DNA from: Styela clava
Taxonomy: Eukaryota
Length of the DNA stretch: 64,000 nt
Assembly (NCBI RefSeq): GCF_964204865.1
Contig: NC_135252.1
Location: 2,170,001 to 2,234,000 of the forward strand
Direction: 5' to 3'
The translations under genes and the position numbers were made by a program. Numbering within the stretch: the first letter of the stretch is position 1; every line of letters begins with the position of its first letter. The notes under the pieces are model-generated. The model did not search any database. It was not told the DNA's origin and saw nothing but the letters and a program-made list of their open reading frames with translations. This document shows, in pieces, positions 54,034-64,000 of this stretch.

Positions 54034-57000
54034 CAGTGGTTCTCGAACTATTTTTACTTGCTACGCACTGAGAAAATAATAAAAAAGTTTGCGGCACACT
54101 AATAAAAAATAAAGTTAGCTTTGAACGAATTTATATTCAATAGTTAATGCGATTGATGTGCTTATTTTGAGAAACAAATAGGATTGAAACGTGGTTCCGT
54201 CGTTGCCAAGCACACCCGCATTTTGTAGTCAATTCCAAGAGGTCGCTGCCTTTTCCGCATATCATTTCAGTCAGAGCAGAAAATACGTGTTGACAGAACC
54301 AAGAAGATGCAATGGCAAGCTTATTTTGATGGCTTTTCAAATTATAAAACAATCACTCAAGCTCATAAACACACTTCATACACAAACTAAGAAAGGAGAA
54401 GAAATCACATAAAAAGTAGAATGCAGTGTCGGAAAAGTGCGACCCCTCTGGTCACACCCAAAGCACGAAGAGCAGTCTGGTTTCCAAAAGCATAACTGCC
54501 GAGAAAACTATCCACAAATGTGCTGAAATCCACCACTTTGCTAGAGGCAAGAGGAGCGACATAACTCCTCATACTCTGAGTGCTTCCGATGGGCCGCGTC
54601 ATCCATAGCGGCTTCGCCGTTGTCGAATGGGCACACCACATATTTTACTACGGGAGTACTACGACTTGATTTCCTCCAGAATCAAATTTGGCGGCAGCAT
54701 CACAGCTGTTCTAGCGGTGTGCTCTCTACAAACTACGTCAACATCGCACCTAGAAAACCTGGTTGGTGGTAGGTGAGCCAAGATATCTTCCTGCACCGAA
54801 TCGTGCCGCTACTTGATGATATTATTGACTGGGCGACAGTGATTCAAAACATGAAGAAGAGTCTCGTTCGCGTAACCACACCTGCTACAAGTCACCCGTG
54901 GTTCCACATAAGCCGTAAACCGTGTACGAACGGATCGCAGCGGCAGAAGATTTAATCGAACTTTTAAAACCCACGAAATCTGAAACTAGGCAAGAGAGAC
55001 AGACGTGGAGAGAAAGTAGTTGAGCAATCGAACTGGGAATGACAGGAAACTGTCTTCCCCTGGTACCGAAGCTCGCCCACCGCCTCAACCAACGGGTGTT
55101 GGACACTTGGGGCAACACCCGTTGACGGTCACATCAGGCGCACATCGTAACTGGTAACCGACGTCCGGCAAACCCTTGACGCCCCGGAGAAAAACGTCCA
55201 TCACCATGTTAAAAATGATTTCCGAGAGAGGGCATCCTTGACAGACTCCACTATCTGATGGAATAGAGGAGGTGTCACCATCGATAGTTCGAATGGTAAA
55301 CACGTTATCCATGTAAACGTCAGCAACCGTTTCCAATTTGTACCAGGTGCGCCAAAATGTTGCAGGACTTCGAGAATGGTTCCATGCCTTACCGACCCGA
55401 AGGCATTACGAATGTCAAGCCACGCCACATGAAGATTACGCTTATGTTTCTTGACATCCGCAATGACCGAATCAAGCATGAAAACATTTTCGAAGACGCC
55501 TTTGGAAGGAACGAAGCCCTTCTGTTCCGAGGAAATCACTTTCCAACTACATGCCCAAGACGGAAGACGACGTGCAATCACGACCGCATAGATTTTTATA
55601 CAGCGTGCGGCAGATTGCGATGGGTCTCCAGTTCCCGATGTCATTCATATAACCTTTATGCCCTTCAGGTCCTTGGGAATAAGGATTATCCCAGAGGAAC
55701 GTCATAAACTTAAACTACGCCGGAAACTCCTGCAGATTTCAAAGAGCTTGGTGAGAATTTCACCCCGTTTGTCAATGCGCTTCCAAACTCCATAGGTGAG
55801 CCATCTGGCCCCGGGGAAGTGCTAGTTTTTAAATCCCGCATGACCGAAAAAACTTTCGCCGCACTGACAGTCACGTCCTCCTCTACCACCACGTTACCGT
55901 GGTGGTGAGCGCTTTGGGACATCCACAAAGGCATCGTCCAGTCACCATCTCCGTGCGGAGCCGAATCAGTGCAATATTTCTCTTCTAGTATCGATGATGA
56001 ATGAAGTAGAGCACCGCAGACCACCAGTGAATCCTCGATGATCGATCTAACCGTGCTTCTTCGGATTTCTTCAAAAAGCCGTCCTCAACTGTGGACCGAA
56101 CCCCAGCCGATAACCACGTTCGTCGTTCAATTAGTTTTATTTGGCCCGTTTCTGGGCTGAACGTGAATAACGGTTTGGGGACCGGCGTCCGGCACTCTGG
56201 AAAACAGAGGCACGGGTAGACCAAAGTTCAAACTGTCCCTCAAGATGGCGAACGCCTCGTCTGGCGAGGACATCGAGACACATTCATTCACCAAGTGAAA
56301 AAGTTTTTGACGCAGCTCCTCCAGGTTTAGAACACTCAAAGGAACCGCACCTTCCTGGGGAGATGAACTCTGGCGATCATCCGGCGCAGAAATTAAGCTC
56401 TGATGTATCATGGTTAGCGTGGGGGTAGGAGTGGCTGCATTAATAATTTTTGCAACCACAGGAGGATCCGGAATATGGGTAACTACGGGCTCAGGCTCAA
56501 CCACGAGAATAGGCGAGGTCGAATCCGAAACCGCAAATACGACAATATCAGATCAACAGGACCGGAATTTTTGGGCTTACTCACGATCTCAATTACTATT
56601 TCAGGGCTTTGGGGCGACGGGGTAACTACAGTGAATAAGTGTGGATCAGGTTTGGGTTGGGGTGAAGCTTCGTCCCATGCCGTACGCAGCCACGACAACA
56701 ACGACTACATTTCGGAGTCCCTATTGACAAAACAGCACACGGCCTGGAGGCGCCTTTAGGCGGAAATTCCTTTATTAGAGGTCGAATTTGACTGAGGGGG
56801 GATTCTTTACGGCCATAGGAAGGGGAAGAGGTTTTACTTTACGGGGAGGAGGTTCTGGTGTCGCCAGCTTCAATTATATGGTGACAATCACCCTTGCTAC
56901 ATCGAAAAGGCAATTCAATATTATTATCAGTTATCTGCTAATAACTGCGCAGCACTTACGTCTCACAAGCATGTCCGTTGCGTGCATGCCTATGTGTTAT

Positions 57001-57101
57001 ACGAATAGCTTATTTTCTAAAGTTCCAAAAAGATCCGCGGCACACCTAAAAATCTCCATTGGCAAACTAGTGTACAGCGGCACACAGTATTGGAAACGAT
57101 G
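54034..57101. mobile_element. hAT (Charlie-like) non-autonomous element carrying a nested retrotransposon
   Basis: Starts CAGTGGTTCTCGAAC..GCGGCACAC and ends GCGGCACACAGTATTGGAAACGATG; perfect 8-bp TSD CACTAGAT. Confidence 0.8.
54150..56860 (-). mobile_element. Degenerate RLE-type non-LTR retrotransposon (NeSL/Utopia/R2-like)
   Basis: RT motifs STSPGPDG, ISSEQKGF..GVFENVFML..LHVAWLDIRNAFGSVRH and GVCQGCPLSEIIFNMVMD; C-terminal restriction-like endonuclease motifs VVCPFDNG..AAHRKHSEY and FLGSY..GNQTALRALGV. GC-rich relative to flanks; frameshifted. Ends approximate. Confidence 0.85.
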
Positions 57102-58003
57102 CACTAGATACTGACAGTAGCTTACGATAGATGTATCCAGACATATGTTTCTGCTTAAAGGCATGCATTCGGTCGTCGAAGTCCAAACACGATAAGCTAC
57201 ACGTTTTCAGCGTTGTCGAGTTTTTTTTAAACAACTGTTAAAAATAGTGTTGCATGTTTATATAAAATCTAGACCTCAGTTGAATGGGCCTTATTAACAT
57301 AGGAAGAAACGATATACGCTAGTGAAAGGGACGCGTTAGTCGGGCTTTGAAAACAAATAGGAAACTGACAAAATAAAAGCCATATTTTTTGGAAATGCAT
57401 TTTAAACTAACAGATGAGTAGTAGGCGAATGCGCAAAAAAAAAATCTGTGCATTTGACCCTTGGCGATAACTTATGTTTAAGCCTCTTGCTGACTTTCAA
57501 TTTACGAGGGTTATTCTTAAAGATAGCAGAATATGAAAATCTGTACATAGAGCCGGAAGTGAGCCAGCCCCTTTCGAGAATTTGTGATATAAAAAAGATC
57601 CCTTGTTATACGCACGATTTGTAAGGTTTATATTTTTTGCGAAAAAAATAGTATTCACTTATTTATAAAATAAATAAAAGTAAAATATTCTAGTGACACT
57701 TCCATCTTAAACAACTCACCTATTGGAAGCAAACAGTTTGTTGTTGCAGAGATAAAAAAAAATTGCTCAAAAACTACATGAACCGCAGTAACTTGAGAAA
57801 ACAATTCATGAGTGCAGAAAGTTTTATTATAACACACAAAACACTACCGATGATTAATAAAACAAAAATACTTTATTTTGTTTATAAGGAATTGGTAAAT
57901 ATTCAAATAAAAAAAGTAAAAACAAAACATATGATAAAAATAAGCAATTTCATAGGTAATAATCTGTCTGCTGGCATGACTGAATTTTCACAACAAACAC
58001 GCT

Positions 58004-59306
58004 TTATGAAATATCCGGTTGTACACAGGTACATCCAACGCTAATTGACTGTTTTGCAAGTCGATAAGAAGATTTTCCTCCTGTTTTCTGCAAAAATATT
58101 CTTGATTGTGCAGTAACCAGATGAGAGATAAAATCCGTTGTTTCAGTTCCTAACGTCGGCTTGATGCAACCATCGCAGAGGCAGTATTTTTGGGCAATAA
58201 ATTTAGGAAAACTGTAAATAAAATAGTAATAAAGTAATTAATTATATTATTAAAAATAGCAAATTTATACTCATGCACCGTATGTAGGCTACTCATCAAT
58301 AAAATTCTATGTTCATGTTTGTATTGAGCAGTTTATGCCCATCAAACCAAAATTTGAAGTATGCGTGACCAAGTTCTAATATACATGTATGTTATACAAT
58401 ATAAAACCATTTAAAACAGTCGACTGACGAAAGTGTTCTTACCGTGTTGGATTGTAATCCAATTTTTCAGCATACGGTGACAGACTCCTCATGCCACTCA
58501 TCATGTCATTTTGTTTCAAATAAGCTTGGTTCATAACTGGACATGGAACTTTTGGGATTGATCTTTTTGGTCGAAAAATTGTCTCTTTTTTCGAATCATG
58601 ATATTCTTGTCTAGCTTTCTCCAACTCATCTTTTGATGCTGATTTGATATATTCCCGAGTTGCCCGCATAATGTTTGTTGACATTAGTAAATTGCATTCC
58701 TTACTGGTGCAAGAGAAACAAATGAATAGATTATAGATAATGAAGAGCATATAAAATTAGTTAAATACTCAATCAACGATGTATTATTCAAGGTTGTTTT
58801 TTGAAATAATCTTATAAAAATAATATGTTCTGTTTAGTTAAGGTTTTAAACTGTGAAAAGTATATAGGTTTGAATATATATATTTATACACGGTGTGTTC
58901 AGTGGTATTTTAATTTGGGCTTATATTGAGAAACACGAATCTCTTTGGAGTATATCGCAATGTTATAACACTCTTCCAAAATAAATAGGCTTAGTAGTCA
59001 CAAATAAATCAAGTTGCATTGCAAGTTAAAGCCATCTGTAAGACTAACTCGTGATAATCAGTCCAATTAGGTTTTACATAATGGTGTGAAAGAGGTCTGA
59101 ATCGGTTCGGCTATACATTTCTCTTACAACGAAATTACTTACAGTAATATATCTGTATGCTTCCTGGTTTCTCCGTACAACCCAACGCAATCAAATTCGT
59201 CCTCGTGTCGTTCTTCATCAATTTCCATTGCTGTGCTTAGTTCAAAAACGCACAATAATGTGATGAGAACGATATTACGGGAAAGTTTAGAGTTAGACTT
59301 TGCCAT
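58004..59306 (-). CDS. IL17: IL-17 family cytokine 3, 210 aa; exons 59306-59143, 58703-58443, 58211-58004 (alternative in-frame ATG at 59360)
   Basis: Signal peptide (NIVLITLLCVFELSTA); MRSLSPYAEKLDYNPTR|FPKFIAQKYCLCDGCIKP...SISVGCTCVQPDIS*; phase-2 introns. Confidence 0.92.
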
Positions 59307-61103
59307 AATACTCTTTGGTAAGATTGAAAAGTCTTGAATTTTATTTGAAATTTGCACCATCTGCTTACCGTTGAGACTTTTTCAGTTTACTTAGTCTTTA
59401 TATTCGAACTGTATTCCGCATTCATTTGTTTTATCTTATATACGCGTCTCAGAAACGTGTTGTGTAGCGAGTTTCGGAATGGACTGGATAAAAATATAAC
59501 GTAATAGTCAAATCAGTCAGATACATAACGATCAAAATTAGTTTCTTATTTTATGTAAAGCAATCAACTTAATTAACTCACGATTTTTTTACATAATGAA
59601 GTCAAGATGGTTATTACGTCAATAAAAACTAACTATGACTCGACTGCGTTGTTAGACCAAAAAGATTAAATATGTTTTCGCCGTGTGCGGAGTAATTAAC
59701 TACAACTTATTCAAATATGCAAGACATAGCTTATTACGTCTCGATAAAAGCGCAGTTTCCTGGTTGCCCTAAGTAGACGCAATATATAGATAGATGTTAC
59801 AATAGTCTATGTATGTGCGTTGTTATTAAGTGTAAAAATATATGACTGATCATATATTTCGGGTTTGATTGGTCATAATTCAATATCATGACCAAGGCCG
59901 TCGGAACGCATGTCCTATCACTAAATTCTATCTTGCAACCACTAAAAACGATTTTAGGACTTGGTTACAAATTCGAAACAGCTGAATTTAGTCTCGGTAA
60001 CAATGCCTTTTTCTTTGTCCATTCAACTATTCAATAGTCGCAAATATCAGATTGGATGGTTTGGTAATTGACGATATCTCAATTATCTATGTTTACCTAA
60101 AGCTGACGTTAATTATTTTTTCACGCTTTCTGACTTAGGATTCCATTTCCCATTCATTGGTAAACATATATTTTATCTCGGTTAAAGCAAAACTTCAAAC
60201 CTGCTTTGAAGCTAGATATTAAACTAAATAAATGGGAAATTACCGAAGGCCTCACGGTCACTGGCAATAATGCGGGAGCTTTATCTATGCTTATAGGCCC
60301 AATCAATAGACAAGACAAGAAAACATGGCATTAGTCTCTAGCGGAGATTGTAAAATTTATGAAAAGACGTAGAACATCCATCAATCGTTACATAACATTA
60401 TGAATCTATATATAATTCGGTAATTTTTATAATAACGAACCAGGTATATATATTTTTCATATTATACAGATGAGAAAATAGGTAAGTAAGATAATGTCGG
60501 TTGCTATAATCTAGATTTCTAGAGAACATTTTAGTCACAAAACGAAGTAAAACATCCTCTAGCCAGTGCCAAAAATAAATTGGTTGTGAAGTCACGCCGG
60601 AAGGAGATAATGACGAAAAACATGTTGTTGCAAAACGTATGCTAATTATTTCATTCACAAATTCACAACGTTTTCTATAGATGAAGTCTGTGGTAACATG
60701 AGTTGAATCATGCTTACTAAAAAATTCGATGCATCTAGAAATCAACCAAACAAAACCAAGCTAATAATTGAAAACTCTAAAAAGTGCGCGTTATTAATAC
60801 TGAATAAATATTTCTCTATTTTATTAAATAAATTTTATTAGTTTGTGACGCATTTTTCATTATTATGACCTAATATGTGGACTCGTAAAATGAAGCTATC
60901 ACTACGAGTATTCCTTGATTCACCGTTCGGTTTGGTTGAGTCTAACAATAAAATATAAACGAATCGAAAAATCATGGAATATTTGAAATAGGCAATGGAA
61001 AAATGACGAAATTTCTTGACGATGATGACAAAATGACAACGTTTACATTTGTATTCCTTATTCAATCCTGTTCTGGAATGGTGTCTTTAAAATAGCACAC
61101 AGT

Positions 61104-62245
61104 TCAAAGATTACCAATTATGGGATAAGCACAAGTACAACCAATATAAATTGACAATTTCTTTTTCGTCGTGAAAGTATTTAAAAATTTATCCTTTTTA
61201 TAAAAGAATTCCATACGGGTCTCCAACGGCACAGATTGTAAGGAAAGGTTTTCTTTTCTCGTCACGGGGTCGATGCACCCATTACACAAACAATGACGCT
61301 GTATAAAGAATTGGGGATATCTGTTGAAAAAGAAAATAACTCAAGTTGAGTGATCATACAGACCCACTAGGTTCAATGTCTTGAATATTACTAATGATTG
61401 AATATAATATATTCCACTTGCTCATTTGTTTGCGCGACTGCGAAAGTTACATACATATAAGTATCAGAATGGAATTTTTATCTGGATTATCCCAGTTTGA
61501 TTTTGTGCAATGTCTACATGATAAAATTGGCATTCCTTCAATATATGACGGATTCATCTTTTTTTTATTGGAGAGAGGGGACGCGTATACACACAAGCAT
61601 ATCGTCACGCTAATAAAAAAATGATTAATTCATTTTTATCAGTTTTCAGTGACAAAAGAAAAAAAAACACCCTGAGAATTTTGTCGTAGCAGGATTCAAA
61701 CTAAATTATTCGAAACTAATATTACCTGTTGGGGTCCCAATTCGGTTTTTCGGCATAAGGCGACAAGCTTCTTCGCCCATCCATTAAATTATTTTCTCTG
61801 AGATATTGAGGAGTCATCGTAGGACATTTAGTGATTTCTCTTTTTGGTCTATTTGACGGAGGGGAAAAATATTCTTGCTTTGCTCTCTCAAGAGTCATAT
61901 CGTCAGCAAATATCAAGTATTCTTTTGATTTTTTCATAACTTCAGTTTTCATTAATATTTCGCATTCCTTTCTATAAATAAAATAAAGCATAATGGTGTA
62001 TCTGGAGTTAATTTTGGCTCGATTGCATTAAATCTAGATTTTGTACAAAAATAAACTTACAGTAAAATTGTTGTTTCTTCTGCTGTTTTGCCGCGAAGTC
62101 CAATACATTCATATTCATTAAGTATTGTATTGCGATCATGTATACTAAATCTACTATCTTTTGTGGAATTCGACAATGAAAAATGGGAAAACAAAATCAC
62201 AATTAAAACACGAAGAGAAACAAAGCTGAAAGTGTTCGCGACCAT
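61104..62245 (-). CDS. IL17: IL-17 family cytokine 4, 215 aa; exons 62245-62061, 61971-61726, 61320-61104
   Basis: Signal peptide MVANTFSFVSLRVLIVILFSHFSLS; RRSLSPYAEKPNWDPNR|YPQFFIQRHCLCNGCIDP...LQSVPL...IYIGCTCAYP; phase-2 introns. Confidence 0.93.
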
Positions 62246-63191
62246 GGCGTATTTTCTGCAGTGTAAGCACGATTACAAAACTTACATTTTAAATATAACT
62301 CCATCTTTTATAGTAAAATTGCTGTACAGGAGTAATGGGAAATGGATTTTTTGGCGATTCAGAGGTCAAGGTTTCCGGGCATTTCCCCAACTATATATAG
62401 AAATATACAGAATGAGGAAGCACGCCTGAGTAACTTACTAAACGTGACATGGTAGCATTTCGAAACCTCTTGTCGAACGACAGCAAGTGGATTACATGAG
62501 TGCATTTTAAGCAAACCGTTCGAATAAGTATCCATGTTATTATTGGCCAGTGTTAAGTTGGGAAACAAATGCAATGAATACACGGGTCTTTATTTTCATA
62601 TATTCAATGAAATAGATATAAATGTAGAGATTGCAGACAAATGACGTTCTCCCTTATTCCGAAAAATAAGATCATCTCACAAAACATCAATATAATTTCA
62701 CACATTTCTAGACGATGTTTTTTATTTATGCAGTCGCGGAAATCACAGTACAGGAGTTGCGGGAATACTTCTACGGTCTATATTAGCTAATAAGGCTTGA
62801 AAGAAACATATTAAAATTTCCAAGCGGAAAGTACTAGAATACCATCGTCATCGAGTTGAATCACGATCCTGTACAGTTATATGAGTGCAATCGGTCTTTA
62901 ACTAATTGATATTGGAGGCTTGAATACTCATGCTATTAATGGGTCAGACAAATTCCAGACAGATTGGAATGATTCATAATTAGTTTTTATGTGTGACGCC
63001 AACAAAACCGTGGGGAAATTTCAGACCACAACTGAATGTATATTACTAAATGGTATTTTTGATGCTTCTATTTTTGCCACATTTGCGTTCCATGGAAATC
63101 TAATAAAATTATATAAAAGATGCAATGTTCGACTGATTCTTGGAAACATAGACTAATTATACAACGGAACATTTAGGATAAAATTTGCAAC
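62246..63191. promoter_or_regulatory. Divergent promoter region shared by IL-17 genes 4 and 5, with TATA boxes and kappaB-like sites
   Basis: Minus-strand CTATAAAAG at ~62305-62313; GGGCATTTCC at 62377-62386; GGGGAAATTTC at 63012-63022; plus-strand TATATAAAAG at ~63110. Confidence 0.55.
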
Positions 63192-63954
63192 ATGCCAATG
63201 ACTAATATCGGTAAAATGAGTTTTCTTTTTGTAATGGCGTTTCAGCAAGTAAGCAGCGTATTACCAAATGTAATGAAGGCTGAAATAACTCGGGAAAAGT
63301 TGAAATCAGAATATGATTGCATAGGGCTCATTGGAAAATCCGAAAAGGATACTAAAATGCTGTTGTAAGTACGAGTTTTTTGGAGAATAGTCAACATATT
63401 CAGATATACCTTTGCTGATCTAAATCCTGTTCTTTCAGTCCATTCTGAATATTTGGAAGTCGGAACGATTTCCAGTAGACTAATTATATAATATAAAAAA
63501 TATTCTGTCATAGAAATGCTACTAGCATTCAAGATATCATATAGATGTGTTACGATAATCAGTCCACTATATTAATAATAAAATAAAAATTAGTAAATAA
63601 TAAATTAAAGTCAAAAATCAAATGGAATATGTAATGAAATGTCATTAAAAATAAGATGACGTATCATTGTTTCGTTTAATTTTTCTACATTCGCAGACGT
63701 GATTGTGAGTTCGCCATGAAATCGAGTGTGATGACTGAAACGAAAAAGTTTATCGAAAACGCCGTTGTGGAAGAACTAACAGAGATTATACATAACTATT
63801 TTGAGAAAGATCGTGCAATTTTTGCCAGACGTAAAAGATTCACAGATATGGATTGTCCGACGCTGAATAAACAAGATTTATCATCAAACGCAAAAGAAAT
63901 GAGAAAGAGAAGTCTTGCTCCTTTTGTGTATAAACCAGATTTTAATCCTAACAG
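63192..63954 (+). CDS. IL17: IL-17 family cytokine 5, partial; exons 63192-63364 and 63697-63954, exon 3 lies beyond the window
   Basis: Exon 1 ends EYDCIGLIGKSEKDTKML|gtaagt like the paralogs; exon 2 reads RDCEFAMKSSVM...ARRKRFTDMDCP...RSLAPFVYKPDFNPNR|gt. Phase-2 introns at homologous positions. Confidence 0.88.
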
Positions 63955-64000
63955 GTTGGTTTAGTTTTCCTGACCCTTCTTTGTATTAAAATATTCTGTT

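Noticed and set aside
1-64000. CRISPR arrays, rRNA/tRNA genes and prokaryote-style operons; most short ORFs in the ORF track
   Set aside because: No repeat-spacer array or structural RNA was recognised. The sequence is spliced eukaryotic DNA, and most listed ORFs are antisense shadows, exon fragments or chance frames.

Overview
AT-rich, intron-containing animal genomic DNA; compact GT-AG introns and the repeat content suggest an invertebrate such as an ascidian (inference, not verified). The main content is a cluster of five three-exon interleukin-17 (IL-17)-family genes: four on the minus strand (15.7-16.7, 21.2-22.4, 58.0-59.3, 61.1-62.2 kb) and one on the plus strand running off the window end (63.2 kb onward). 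Four of the five encode a conserved Cys-containing N-terminal pro-region ending in a furin-type R-x-K/R-R site just before the IL-17 domain, and kappaB-like sites lie upstream of several of them. The cluster is split by a ~35 kb transposon-rich block (hAT Buster- and Ac-type elements and MITEs, an Academ element, a NeSL/R2-like retrotransposon, Helentron-like repeats, mariner and LINE remnants). That block also holds two tandem copies of an unrecognised gene built entirely from short phase-0 exons. The left end has the 5' part of a PCBP-like KH-domain gene (minus) and an intact ~13-exon gene of unknown function (plus). All gene models were spliced by hand; no database searches were run.
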